64,000 bases of DNA from an uncultured Chloroflexia bacterium. Lineage in GTDB: Bacteria; Chloroflexota; Chloroflexia; Thermomicrobiales; UBA6265. Under the pieces are notes generated by a model. The model saw only the letters and a list, made by a program, of their open reading frames with translations, had not been told where the DNA came from and did no database searches. Every line of letters starts with the position of its first letter. Position 1 is the stretch's first letter. Shown in pieces: positions 10,365-20,586 of the stretch. Location: the NCBI GenBank assembly GCA_963849635.1, contig CAWKIA010000036.1:81923-145922 (forward strand), read 5' to 3'. Both the position numbers and the translations under genes were made by a program.

Positions 10365-11017
10365 CTAAATGGCCCCTATTAGCCCGCCGGCGATTGCACC
10401 GATAACCGCGCCTTCGTCTCCGAGGATGGCCCCTCCGATCGCGGCGCCAGCTAGAGCGCCGACGATTCCGGCCTTGACACGATCCGAGAAGGTTGTGTCG
10501 TCGGCCACGGGAGACGCCGCCTCATCGGAGGACGATCGCACGTTTCGAACGACAACTGCCAAGACGATGGCGGCGATCGTCGCCGCTACCGAACTCTCGT
10601 CGTCTCGTTCTTCTGAAAATCGGCGACGATGTCTTGGATCTGCTCGAGCTTCGTCCGGCCGTCACTCTCGCTGCTGGCCACATCGACGATCTGCTGGAGC
10701 GCGGTTCCTTCTTCTTCGGTGATGTTCTGTTGCTCTTTGAGCTGTGCCAGGTAGTCCTTCGCGGCTTGGGCAAGTTCCTCAGCGGTCTGGGCGCGTATCG
10801 TGACGATCACCGGAACCAGTGCGGAAAACAATTCCGCGGCGAGGCGGGCTCGTTCGGGCCCAGACAGCCCCTCGCCCGTTGGTTCCTCTGTGGCATCTTG
10901 CGCTGCCGTCACCGCAGCGGTCAGGCCTATAGCCGCAATCCCGCTGGCCGCGCCGCCCATCAAGGCCGCGCGACGCGTCAGCGCAACGGTCATCGGTTCC
11001 TGCAGTATGTTTCTCAC
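10365..11017 (-). pseudogene. Tat-signal protein with C-terminal glycine zipper, split by one frameshift near 10604
   Basis: ORF 10586-11017 (TRRAALMGG signal) continues in another frame as DDESSVAATIAAIVLAVV into ORF 10365-10562. Confidence 0.65.
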
Positions 11018-11133
11018 GGTTTATCTCCTGGGTGTCGCAATCCTGCCGGAACGCGGTCTTGGGTGTCCGTTGGTTTGCCCCTCCTTCCTGGTATCTCCAC
11101 AAGCCGCTCATGTGCTCGTGTCGCCACGGGTTG

Positions 11134-11403
11134 TCATGCTACGGCCGCTCCAAACAGGTCATAGAAATTCCTGTCACACGGGACAAGGTCGGGATTGGCG
11201 GCGACAAACGATTCAATCTGACTGGCGGTTTCCGCTTTCTCCGTGAAAAGGACGTTGATGCCGACCGGCAGACGCTCATCGACTGCACGGATCGACGCGG
11301 CGTGCTGAACGACGCCGGAATTGCCGTCTGCGGGGCCTCGGGCGTAGAGGCGCCCGTCCTTCAACATCGGTCCAAATGGATCGCATTGGCGCCTTTGTGA
11401 CAA
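11134..11403 (-). pseudogene. Fragment of an M20 family dipeptidase
   Basis: DPF.....DGRLYARGPADG.SG...LPVGINVLF matches the M20 RG.ADDK region but is degenerate, and only about 90 aa remain. Confidence 0.65.
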
Positions 11404-11445
11404 CGGGGCCGGATCCGGAGGAATCGGGCGATCCGTGCCCGCTTT

Positions 11446-11493
11446 AGGTTATCGGTGGTCTGGTCGTAGCATCATCCTCCTAAGGCGGTATTT
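11446..11493 (-). promoter_or_regulatory. Regulon promoter element, site E
   Basis: AAATACCGCCTT-AGGA-GGATGA-TGCTACGACCAGACCACCGA-TAACCT. Confidence 0.78.
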
Positions 11494-11518
11494 GGCTCCG
11501 TATCGAGGTCTCACTCGC

Positions 11519-12157
11519 TCATGAGAGTTGGATGACACCGACGTCTTCTAGCCCACCGAGCGCGAGTTGGATGGCAAGAGCGGCGAGTAGGAAGCCGAAT
11601 ACCATCTCGATGACCAACATGCGGTTCTCGACCAAGTGTTCGCTCACCCGGGTTGCCCAGCGAAACACGACGACGTCGAGCGCCAGCACCGCCACCAGCA
11701 TGAGCACGACCATGGCGATATACTCGATCGACTCTGCCTCCGCCGACGCGGTCACCAGGACCACAATCCCCACCGGATTCAAGAGGTACGGCACGCCAAG
11801 TGGAACGATCGCGAGTTGCATCGGGTCCTCGACTGGCCCCACGTCGAGATCGTCCGGGATATCTCTCCCAAAAACCATACGGATTGCGGTGATAAACAGA
11901 ATAATCCCGCTCGCGATGGAGAGGGCCCCGGTGGAGAAATGCAACAGCCGCGAAAGGAAACCGCCGAGAAGCAGGAGGAAGGCCGCAACGGTGCCCGCGG
12001 TCATCAGCATCTTCCCGAGGACGATACGCTTCCTCGAGTTCGGCATTCCCGCCGTCGCCTTTAGGAACGGCACGAGTGCCAACTTGGGGCCAATGCCGAT
12101 CAGCATTAAGAGGAAGGCGTCAATGACCGAGGTTGCATTGACCGAATCGAAGTCCAT
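11519..12157 (-). CDS. MarC family membrane protein
   Basis: 6 TMs; IASGIILF.TAI.M, LAIVPLGVPYLLNP and FGFLLAALAIQL motifs. Confidence 0.85.
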   Translation of the reverse strand: MDFDSVNATSVIDAFLLMLIGIGPKLALVPFLKATAGMPNSRKRIVLGKMLMTAGTVAAFLLLLGGFLSRLLHFSTGALSIASGIILFITAIRMVFGRDIPDDLDVGPVEDPMQLAIVPLGVPYLLNPVGIVVLVTASAEAESIEYIAMVVLMLVAVLALDVVVFRWATRVSEHLVENRMLVIEMVFGFLLAALAIQLALGGLEDVGVIQLS

Positions 12158-12202
12158 CTTGGCCCTCAGCAATCGCTATGGGCGCGACTCTGCCCCGGGA
12201 CG

Positions 12203-13996
12203 CTAGGATTGCTTGAACGCCTCGAACCCGTCGTGCACCGCCAAGAGGGACGAGAGGAGACCGATGTGGGAAAAGGCCTGTGGAAAGTTACCAAGCAATC
12301 GCTGCGAGGTCGGATCGTATTCCTCGCTCAAGAGCCCCACGTCGTTTTGCAGGGCGAGTAATGCGGCGAGATGCTGGTGCGCCTCCTCCGTGCGCCCGAC
12401 CGCGGCGAGCGCGTTGACGAGCCAGAACGAACAAATGAGAAATGCGCCTTCGGTGCCGGCAAGACCATCCACGCCCTCTTCCGTCGAGTAGCGCGACACG
12501 AACGGCCCCGCCGCGAGTTCGCGCATCACTGCGTCGACCGTCCCGAGCACGCGCGGATCATCGTTTGGGAGGAAACCACTGCCCGGAATCAGCAGCAGGC
12601 TTGCATCAAGCGCCTCGCTACCGTAGTACTGGACGAACGTGTTGCGCTCGGCATCGAAGCCGTGCGCGCAGATGTCGTCGTGAATCGCTTTCCTGAGCTG
12701 CTGCCAGCGCTCGGCGGGCACCTCCCGACCGGTCAATTCCGCGAGCTTCAGCGCGCGGTCGACGGCGTACCAGGCCGAGAACTTCGAATACGTGAAGTGT
12801 TGCTGTGCGCCACGGACCTCCCAAATTCCCTCGTCGGGCTCGCGCCAGCGACGCTCGACTATGTCGATGATCGCTTGGAGGTTCAGTCCCGGGGACTTCG
12901 CGGCATCTTCCCGTGGTCGGACTCCAGCCAGCGCTGCGTTATAGACCCCCGCGATCACCTCGCCGTAGATATCGAGCTGAAATTGGTCGCTGGCGGCGTT
13001 GCCGGTCCGAACCGGCCGCGATCCTTCATAGCCAGCCAGCCAGGGCAGCTCGAACTCTGTTAGCCGGTGCTCGCCGCCGATCCCATACATGATCTGTAGC
13101 TGCGACGGGTCCCCCGCGACCGCCCGCCGCAGCCAGGCGCCGAGGGCGATGGCTTCTTCCGTATATCCGAGTCGCGCAAGCGCCGCGACGGTGAAGGAGC
13201 CGTCGCGCAACCAGCAGAATCGATAGTCCCAGTTGCGAACGCCGCCGATCTCTTCCGGCAAGGAGGTTGTGGCAGCTGCCACGATCCCGCCGGTCGGCGC
13301 GTAGGTGAGTGCCTTCAGCGTGATCAACGACCGGAGGACGGTCTCGCGATGGGGTCCCTCATAGGCACACCGTCCCGACCACTCTCGCCACCACTTCTCG
13401 GTCCTGTCTACCGCCGCGGTGCAGTCGGCTTGGTCGGGCACATCCTCATGCGAAGGGAACCAGACCAGCCGGAATTCAGCCTCCTCACCCGCCGCGATGG
13501 AGAACGCTGCCGAAATGGAGGCGTCGGCAACGTCGAGCTCCACGGACGATTGGAGGAAGAGTGCCTCCGGACCGGCCAAGGAGACGATGCCATCGTTAGC
13601 CGGGCGGACGAGTGGGATACGCCGACCGTAATCGAACCGCCCATTCAGCTGGAGGGACATCGGCACGCGTCCGCGCAGGCCCTGCACGAGACGGATCACT
13701 TCGGGGTATCCACTTCGAGGCGGCATGCAGTCGACGATTCGGACCGCGCCGTCCGGCGTCTCGAACTCGGTTTCCAGGACAAGGGTACCGGGTCGATACC
13801 GGCGATCCACCCGCTGGCTGTCCGAGATGGGAGCAATCTGCCAGCGCCCGTTCTGCTCGTCGCCGAGGAGTGCCGCGAAGCAGGCGGCGGAGTCGAAACG
13901 AGGCAGGCAGAGCCAATCGATTGAGCCGTTGTTGCCGACGAGCGCAACGGACCCTGTATCGCCGATGATCGCGTAGTCTTCGATGCGCAGCCCCAT
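12203..13996 (-). CDS. Glycoside hydrolase family 15 (trehalase/glucoamylase-like)
   Basis: IEDYAIIGD, GSIDWLCLPRFDS, AAATTSLPE.IGGVRNWDYRFCWLRD, GLLSEEYD and GNFPQAFSH motifs. Confidence 0.93.
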   Translation of the reverse strand: MGLRIEDYAIIGDTGSVALVGNNGSIDWLCLPRFDSAACFAALLGDEQNGRWQIAPISDSQRVDRRYRPGTLVLETEFETPDGAVRIVDCMPPRSGYPEVIRLVQGLRGRVPMSLQLNGRFDYGRRIPLVRPANDGIVSLAGPEALFLQSSVELDVADASISAAFSIAAGEEAEFRLVWFPSHEDVPDQADCTAAVDRTEKWWREWSGRCAYEGPHRETVLRSLITLKALTYAPTGGIVAAATTSLPEEIGGVRNWDYRFCWLRDGSFTVAALARLGYTEEAIALGAWLRRAVAGDPSQLQIMYGIGGEHRLTEFELPWLAGYEGSRPVRTGNAASDQFQLDIYGEVIAGVYNAALAGVRPREDAAKSPGLNLQAIIDIVERRWREPDEGIWEVRGAQQHFTYSKFSAWYAVDRALKLAELTGREVPAERWQQLRKAIHDDICAHGFDAERNTFVQYYGSEALDASLLLIPGSGFLPNDDPRVLGTVDAVMRELAAGPFVSRYSTEEGVDGLAGTEGAFLICSFWLVNALAAVGRTEEAHQHLAALLALQNDVGLLSEEYDPTSQRLLGNFPQAFSHIGLLSSLLAVHDGFEAFKQS

Positions 13997-14066
13997 CTTG
14001 GACCTCCTTCGCGATGTGACCGACCGGTCACTGGCTGAGTTGCACGGATGAGGTGCCGTAGCTCCG

Positions 14067-15602
14067 CTATGGCTTCGCCTGGGGCTGTCCTTGGGCCGGC
14101 ATGACGTCGCGCGGGATTAGGAGGGCGGCGCCGAGCCCGATAAGGCCGATGACGGCCATGACGATGAGGGCGGCGCGATACCCCTCGTTGCCCACGAGCG
14201 CCGTCGAGACGAGCACCGAACCGACCAACGCCGTTCCGAGGGAGGAGCCGAGATTGGATGCGCTGCGAGAAAGACCGGAAATCTCGCCTTGGTCCTGCTC
14301 GGGCCAACTTGACTGGACGACGTTGACCGACGACGTCAACATGACCCCGATTCCGAACCCCGCTAGGAACAGGCCGGGAAGGAAGGTCCAGATGTCTGAG
14401 GTCGCATCGGCGATCGCCAGGAGGCACAGGATGCCGGCCACGAAGCAGATGAATCCGCCTCGGATCAGGAAGACCTGTGGGCGACGGCGGGCGAGTCTGC
14501 CGGCGATGCCGGACGACAGGATGATGCCCACGGTCGAGGCGGTCAGAACCAGGCCGGTTTCGATCGCGCTGTAACCGCGGACGGTTTGGAGAAAGACGGA
14601 GACGACGAAGAAGCTGCCCTGCAACGTCAACCACTGGATGTTCTGCGTGACCAAGCCTAGGTTGGAGGCCCGATTGCGGAACAACCGTGTGGAGAGCAAG
14701 GGCTCTTTCCCCGCTCGCTCTCGCGACCGGATATGGAAGTAGAACCATGCCAGGAAGATGGCGCCGATTGCGACCAGCGGCCAGACCGGGGAGATGCCGC
14801 CTTCCTCGATGATCACGGTGTCGCCGATCTTAAAATCCTTCGTCGCCGTCAGCCATCCGTATTCGCCGGACTGCAGGATCCCCATCACCACGAACGCAAG
14901 ACCCGCCGCCGACAGGATGGCTCCCGTGACGTCGAAAACGCTCTTCGTGCCTTTATTGCCGGTGTATTGGCGGCCCATGACGAGGATGCCGCCCACCACC
15001 AGAACCTGCACGATGAAGGACGCACGCCAACTGATGGCGCTGGTGATGAGACCGCCGATCAACGGTCCGGCCGCGGACCCCAATCCGGCCGCAGCGCTGA
15101 CGATGCCGAAAGCTTTGGCGCGAGATTCGAGATCACTGAACACGACCGTGAGCAAGATATAGATGGGAGGGATCATGAGGGCGGAGCCGACGCCTTGCAT
15201 GAAGGAGTAGCCGACGAAAAGCATGGTGAGCCCCTGGGACAACGATGCCAGCAACGCACCGAGCCCATAGATGACCAGACCCAGCATGAAGCACCGCTTG
15301 CGGCCCCAGATATCGGTCAACTTGCTGCCGGGGATCATCAGCGCGGCCATCGTCAGGGTGAAGAGCGTGATCGCCGTCTGAACCCCGTGGGTCGTTGTTT
15401 CGAGATCCTCGGCAATGCTGGTGATGGCCACGTTCATGTTGGAGCCAGCGTAGCTGGCAATGAACTGGGTCAACGCCAATGGGAAGACGATCGAGGAGAT
15501 GACGGCGGCGAGGGTGCCGCGACCCTTCAGGGTCGCGGCTTGCTTGCCGTTCGGGGGTGGTTTCTGGCCAGACCGACGTGCCGATTGGCCCTTTTTCGCC
15601 AT
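14067..15602 (-). CDS. MFS transporter, 14-TM DHA2-like
   Basis: GSKLTDIWGRKR motif A and GPLIGGL motif C. Confidence 0.9.
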   Translation of the reverse strand: MAKKGQSARRSGQKPPPNGKQAATLKGRGTLAAVISSIVFPLALTQFIASYAGSNMNVAITSIAEDLETTTHGVQTAITLFTLTMAALMIPGSKLTDIWGRKRCFMLGLVIYGLGALLASLSQGLTMLFVGYSFMQGVGSALMIPPIYILLTVVFSDLESRAKAFGIVSAAAGLGSAAGPLIGGLITSAISWRASFIVQVLVVGGILVMGRQYTGNKGTKSVFDVTGAILSAAGLAFVVMGILQSGEYGWLTATKDFKIGDTVIIEEGGISPVWPLVAIGAIFLAWFYFHIRSRERAGKEPLLSTRLFRNRASNLGLVTQNIQWLTLQGSFFVVSVFLQTVRGYSAIETGLVLTASTVGIILSSGIAGRLARRRPQVFLIRGGFICFVAGILCLLAIADATSDIWTFLPGLFLAGFGIGVMLTSSVNVVQSSWPEQDQGEISGLSRSASNLGSSLGTALVGSVLVSTALVGNEGYRAALIVMAVIGLIGLGAALLIPRDVMPAQGQPQAKP

Positions 15603-15676
15603 AGGGTCTCACCTGAACGATGTGGGCGGTCTCGGTCCAACCGCAAGCGTCAGACATTGGCCGGGGTCGTGGGACT

Positions 15677-15714
15677 GACGAGGAGAGGTCCTTCGTGAGG
15701 GACCTCTCCTCGTC
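15677..15714. repeat. Perfect 15-bp inverted repeat in the predicted 5' leader of the MFS gene
   Basis: GACGAGGAGAGGTCC-N8-GGACCTCTCCTCGTC. Confidence 0.75.
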
Positions 15715-15833
15715 CGTCACCACACGCGCCGGCTCCCGGGGAATGGGGGGGATTGGGTGCCGGCGCGGCGTGAGTTCGGGCCTCGGACGCCAGGATTCAA
15801 TTAACGAGGCCAGTTCCCCTGTGACGCCGTTCC

Positions 15834-15881
15834 ACGATAGGGGTGCGGCGGTTGTAATGTCGTTGGACGAAAGGCGTATTC
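15834..15881 (-). promoter_or_regulatory. Regulon promoter element, site F
   Basis: GAATACGCCTTT-CGTC-CAACGA-CATTACAACCGCCGCACCCC-TATCGT. Confidence 0.78.
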
Positions 15882-15986
15882 GGTCAAACGTGCGTCGACG
15901 GGTGCTCAGATTGGGAACAGGTTCGTCTCACATGCACCGGAGTCGCTGCGATGTGCGACTGGCTTGTGCCCATGCCCACACTCGCG

Positions 15987-17102
15987 TCACCCGCCCGCCG
16001 GCGCGAGCGCTAGCCGCGCCAGTACTGGCAGGTGGTCCGACCCCGCGTCCGGCCCAACCCATGCCTCGCTCAACAGCCACCCGGCCGAGACCCACACATA
16101 GTCGATCCTCCACAGCGGCCGGACCAAGAATTCGCCCAGTGAAACCCCACGCCTTACCAGCCATTCCAGCCGCACCGGCTCCGTGAACCCTGGGCCCTCC
16201 CCCGCCTCCCTGAACGCATCCCGCAACCCTGCTCCCTCCAGCCGTCGGTAGAGTCCATGCATCCGCGTCGCGTTCAGATCACCCAGCAGCAACAGCGGCC
16301 CCTCATTCTCGTCCACCAGATCCAGCAACCCCGAGACCTGCGCCTCCGCCCCGGGCCTCCGCGCGAAGCCGGTCCGGGCCAGCCGCGGGGGGGGCGGATG
16401 CGCCACGATCACCGTGACATCCCTCCCGCCAACGTCCAGCACCGCCCACAAATCCGGGCGCTCGGGGTTGAGCGGCAGCAGCGCACTCCGCAGGATCGGG
16501 AACCGGCTCAGGAGCGCCTTGCCAGGGATTCCCAACGGGTGCACGACCTGGTACGGGAAGACCCCGCTCAGCCCCGCCGCCAACGCCGCTCCCACCTCCG
16601 GCGTCACCTCCTCCAATCCCACAATGTCGGCCCCGCTCTCCCTCAGAGCCCGCACGATCTGGTCCGGACCCGCCATCCCGCTGCCCAGGTTGAAGGTCAT
16701 CACCGTGACCTCCGTCGCCCCCGCGGGGATTGCATCGGGACCGCGGCCCACGAACATGTCGCCGAACAGCCACACGAACGCCACCGCGCAGACGGCCTCG
16801 ATGGCCACCGACCTCCATCGCCGCCTCAGAACGGCGAACGGCAACCACACGAACGCCACCGGCAACGCCAGGTGCACCACGAACCCCAAGACGTAGACCG
16901 GCAGCAACCGGTCGCCCGTCGTCCGCCACAGGGCCAGGTAGACCAGCATCGCCGCGCCGAACGCGTCGGCCGTACGCCACACCCAGACGAAGAAACGACG
17001 TCGTGACGGCTCCACCCGTGGTGCCCTGTCTCTTGAATCGCCCGACCGCCGGCGGTGCCGCGGCCGCCAACCGTGCCGGGTGCTAGGGCCGATACCGGTC
17101 AT
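15987..17102 (-). CDS. Membrane-anchored endonuclease/exonuclease/phosphatase (EEP) family protein
   Basis: VMTFNL, DIVGLEEV, LLGDLNAT, IDYVW and SDHLPV motifs after 3 N-terminal TMs; start uncertain. Confidence 0.87.
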   Translation of the reverse strand: MTGIGPSTRHGWRPRHRRRSGDSRDRAPRVEPSRRRFFVWVWRTADAFGAAMLVYLALWRTTGDRLLPVYVLGFVVHLALPVAFVWLPFAVLRRRWRSVAIEAVCAVAFVWLFGDMFVGRGPDAIPAGATEVTVMTFNLGSGMAGPDQIVRALRESGADIVGLEEVTPEVGAALAAGLSGVFPYQVVHPLGIPGKALLSRFPILRSALLPLNPERPDLWAVLDVGGRDVTVIVAHPPPPRLARTGFARRPGAEAQVSGLLDLVDENEGPLLLLGDLNATRMHGLYRRLEGAGLRDAFREAGEGPGFTEPVRLEWLVRRGVSLGEFLVRPLWRIDYVWVSAGWLLSEAWVGPDAGSDHLPVLARLALAPAGG

Positions 17103-17630
17103 ACAGCGTCACCAGCAGCAAGAAGAGCTGCGCGTTCCCGACATGGATCGAGTCATCGCCAAGTGGCAGCACCAGGAAGGCGGCGAAGACGACGCCCGCG
17201 TTGATCGTCGCCGTCGGCATGAACTGGCGCTTCGATCTCTAACCTGCGGCGGGCAAGCTTTCCGACTCGTAATGGGGGACACCCGCAGGGAGGGCATCCA
17301 GAAATCGCCCGTGTTCAACGAATGCTGAAGCGAGGCATGGCGTATTCACATCAGTCGGAGGTTGTATCCCGGCACGGTCTCTCTATGTTGTAGACCCATC
17401 TCGGCAAGAGCTGCGTCAAGCACCACGTCGTCGCCGTCCGCATCCGCCACCCGTCGATTGCGCCTTTCGGCTGATGCCGCTACGACCCGCGGACCGGCAC
17501 CATCGATGGGGCACCGGTCGGTTGTCCGGCATGGTCGTGCCGGCGCACTCGCCGCGGTACCAATCGGGCGTGGCCGTGCGGCCCGACGATCTGCCGTGGT
17601 CGGTGCCACCTCATTTGCAGGAGGCGGGCC

Positions 17631-17864
17631 GTGACGTGGTTGGAATGGACGCTCGGGCTCATGTTGTTCTCGCTCTACATCATGTGCATCTTCACGGTCT
17701 GTTCCCTCACCTTTCAGAAGGGGTACATCGTGCTCGGCATCGTCGGCATCTTCCTCCCCTGGCTCTGGCTGATCGGCGCCTTTCTGCCGGCCAAGAAGGG
17801 GTCGCGCTTCGAACTTGCCCAGGCGATCGCCTACCAGCAGCAGGTGGCGCAGTACTCGCAGTAG
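17631..17864 (+). CDS. Small membrane protein, 'PAKKGS' family (paralogue 2)
   Basis: AGGAGG RBS; LY..CIFTVC..TFQKG...LWLIGAFLPAKKGSRFE. Confidence 0.82.
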   Translation: MTWLEWTLGLMLFSLYIMCIFTVCSLTFQKGYIVLGIVGIFLPWLWLIGAFLPAKKGSRFELAQAIAYQQQVAQYSQ

Positions 17865-17924
17865 CCGGCGCGTCCGCTCGCGACCGCCATCGAACCGAGT
17901 CCGTCTGAGCAGGAGGTTCTGGCC

Positions 17925-18729
17925 GTGACCGGCGTGCTTGGGGTTGGTCGTCATCGTCGGGGGCAGCCTGCTGCTGACGCTGCTCGCCGTCGTCCTCGTC
18001 CGCCGCCTGATTCCCCACCAGATCATGGCGCGGCACAACGACGTCGCCGGCTTCGTCTACGCCACCACCGGGGTCACCTACGCGGTCGTCCTCGCCTTCG
18101 TCGTGATCGCCGTCTGGGAAAACTACGCCTCGACCCGCGAGATCGCCGACCACGAGGCGAGCGCCGTCGGCGCGCTCTACCGCTTGGCCAACGGCTTCCC
18201 CGAGCCGCACCGGGCGGCGGCTCAGGAGGCGCTGCTCGGCTACGCCGAGGTGGTGGTCGAGGTGGCGTGGCCGGCGATGGAGGACGGGGAGGACCCCACC
18301 CTGGAGACGTCGGGGGCGCTGGACCACCTGTACGACGTCTATCAGCAGCCGGACTTCGTCGCCGCCGTCAACGCGCAGCAATACGGGGAGGCCCTGGATC
18401 AGCTCAACGTGGTCTCGGTCACCCGCCGCGAGCGGGTCCTGGCCAGCTACAGTGGCCTGCCCGACGTCCTGTGGCTGGTGCTGATCGCCGGTGGGGTGCT
18501 GGTGGTCGCCTTCGCGTTCCTCTTCGGCGTGGAGAGTGCGTACTCCCAGGCGGCGATCCTGAGCGGGCTGACGATCACCATCTCGCTGCTCCTCTTCGTG
18601 GTCGCCGATGCCCAACACCCCTTCCGAGGCGGGTTCGCGGTGCACCCGGAGGGCATGGAGTCGGTGCTGGCGCAGTTCGGTCACCCCACCGGCCCCAGTG
18701 GCACCCCGGCCGCCACCCCGACGCCGTGA
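17925..18729 (+). CDS. DUF4239-like (bestrophin-like) membrane protein; probable +1 indel in the G-run at 17940-17943
   Basis: HNDVAG..Y...GV.YAVVLAFVV..VWE, EA.A..ALYR, R.ER and PF.G motifs; AGGAGG RBS fits the GTG at 17925, while the long ORF begins at 17938. Confidence 0.78.
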
Positions 18730-18753
18730 TGCCAATTTTGCGTCCATCGACGG

Positions 18754-18779
18754 CTAGAGCCTGTTAGGTACTTGGGAGC
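18754..18779 (+). mobile_element. Isolated IS5-type terminal inverted repeat (scar)
   Basis: CTAGAGCCTGTTAGGTACTT matches the IS end at 56971 (CTAGCGCCTGGTGTGGACTT) at 15/20 positions. Confidence 0.45.
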
Positions 18780-18809
18780 TGGAGGAGGGCGGGGACCACG
18801 CGACAGAGC

Positions 18810-19354
18810 GTGAAGATGGCGAAGGCGGCGAAGCGGGCGGAGGCCCAAGAGTCGTTGCTCGACTACGCCGAGATCGTCGTCGAGGGGAAATGGTCGGCGA
18901 TGACGGACGAAGCGGCCCCAAGCCCGCAGACGTCGGCGGCGCTGAACGATCTGTACGCGGTCTACGCGCATCTCGACGAAGTCGCGGGCGTCAACCAGGA
19001 GCAGTACGGTGAGTCGCTGCGGCTGCTGGTCGACGTGTCGGCCGATCGTCGCGCGCGGATCCTGGCGAGCCACAGTGGTCTGCCTGACGTCCTGTGGGTG
19101 GTCCTGGTGGGCGGGGGGTGCTTCTGGTCTCCTTTGCCTTTCTCTTCGGGGTGGTGAGTCCCTAGTCCCAAGCGGCGATCGTGGGCGCGCTGGCAGTAAC
19201 GGTCTCGATGTTGCTGTTCGTGGCGGGCGACATGCGGCACCCGTTCAGGGGTGGCCTGCGGGTGAAGCCGGAGGGACTAGAACTTGTGTTGCAACAGTTT
19301 AGCTCCCTCGATGGCCCCAACCGCGAACAGCTCGGCCACCACCCCATGCCGTGA
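18810..19354 (+). pseudogene. 5'-truncated, degenerate tandem duplicate of the DUF4239-like gene
   Basis: AQESLLDYAEIVVE and LASHSGLPDVLWVVL mirror the upstream gene; frameshift near 19120 and in-frame TAG near 19163. Confidence 0.8.
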
Positions 19355-19503
19355 CCTTGGGTAGCGGGGCGCCCGTCGTGCTGGTTGCAACTGCGGATCA
19401 GACGCGGGCGATTGCGGCGACCAAGGACTTCTGCGCGCTCGTGTTGGAGGCCGGGGTGTGGACCTGGTGTCCGGGACTCGGCATTGTTAACCGACGACCT
19501 TTT

Positions 19504-19627
19504 GGAGCCACCATCGAAACCCCGCGATTGGCGGCTCCGCCCGGGGATTCATCCCCGGGCTCAGTGACGGAAGTCCCTCCGTGACTGAACACGACCGCCT
19601 CCGGTTCCTGGTTTTGATAGGCGCTCC
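19504..19627 (-). mobile_element. 124-bp MITE/REP-like element, copy 1
   Basis: Imperfect 18-bp TIRs; internal hairpin GCCCGGGGA-TTCA-TCCCCGGGC; gapless alignment to 43878-44001 (87/124 identical by hand count). Confidence 0.75.
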
Positions 19628-19662
19628 TAGTGATCCAGTCGCCAAGTTCGTGCCGCTTCCGG

Positions 19663-19710
19663 ACCCAGGATTTCAACCCTGGGTTGAGGCCACAAAACCC
19701 CTTCGGGGTT
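19663..19710. repeat. REP-like hairpin pair
   Basis: ACCCAGG-N8-CCTGGGT followed by AACCCC-TTC-GGGGTT. Confidence 0.55.
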
Positions 19711-19761
19711 GGCAACGAGCGCCGGCAAGGTGCATCCTGTGGGGCCGCTCAGGGCCCTGCC

Positions 19762-20586
19762 CTATTGCATCGACGTCTGAACATCGATGAGCGGTTGTTG
19801 TGATACCTTGAGGTAGCCGCTATCCGGGTTGTCCAGAACCGCGATCAACGTGATGACGGCCGAGAACGAGAGCGCCAGGAGTAACATCAACCAGGTCCTC
19901 CGCGACTTCGCGATCGCCGTATCGTATCCGACGGCGACCATGGCCAGACCCATGAGTGCGTAGAGCGCCGCCCAGATACCGGGCGGGATCTTCGTCTGGA
20001 GCGCGACGGCCTCCCTCAGCGCCTGGACGTCGCCCACGCTGTTCAACGAGTCGACGTACAGCGCGGCCACCTCGGAGTGCGTATCGCGTTGCGCGTGGGC
20101 GACCCCCCCATCCCAAAGTTGCGCGACGATCCCGTTCAACTGTGCGACCAGTTCCGCACGCCGATCGCCGTTGCCGGGCTCGGCCGACTCGAGGAGCACA
20201 TCCATGTACGTCCGGAAAAGCGCCTGGGCGTTGTCGCGATCCGGCTGCGGAAGGAAGTCCGTTCGAGCGTACCCGGTGCTGATCGTGATCGCCTGTTGCC
20301 GAACCAACTCCTTGCGGGCGTCGAATCGGTCGGACACGATCCCAAACGTGAAGGCCAAGAGGAACGCAAGGAGGGCCAGCACAGAGCCGGTGATCGCGGA
20401 AACCGGCGCCTCCTTTTCGCCCTCAGATCGCTTTCGAACCGCCGACCCGAGGCGATACCCGATCTCGATCGCGAGCAGGATCAGCCCCGTCGTCGCCACG
20501 AATACGAGCCACGGCGAGCTTCCGGTGATGTCCACGGATGCAAGCCCTTTCACACTGCCAACGTCGATATGCGTAGCCTGACACAT
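19762..20586 (-). CDS. DUF4239-like (bestrophin-like) membrane protein
   Basis: EIGYRLG, LALLAFLLAFTFG...RFDARK and LDNP..G...VSQQP motifs; start uncertain. Confidence 0.78.
   Translation of the reverse strand: MCQATHIDVGSVKGLASVDITGSSPWLVFVATTGLILLAIEIGYRLGSAVRKRSEGEKEAPVSAITGSVLALLAFLLAFTFGIVSDRFDARKELVRQQAITISTGYARTDFLPQPDRDNAQALFRTYMDVLLESAEPGNGDRRAELVAQLNGIVAQLWDGGVAHAQRDTHSEVAALYVDSLNSVGDVQALREAVALQTKIPPGIWAALYALMGLAMVAVGYDTAIAKSRRTWLMLLLALSFSAVITLIAVLDNPDSGYLKVSQQPLIDVQTSMQ

Noticed and set aside
17326-17389. Further regulon sites near 17340, 47498, 50790, 55390, 56613 and 58797
   Set aside because: Only partial matches (box without spacer element or -10, or wrong spacing); a PWM scan is needed to decide.
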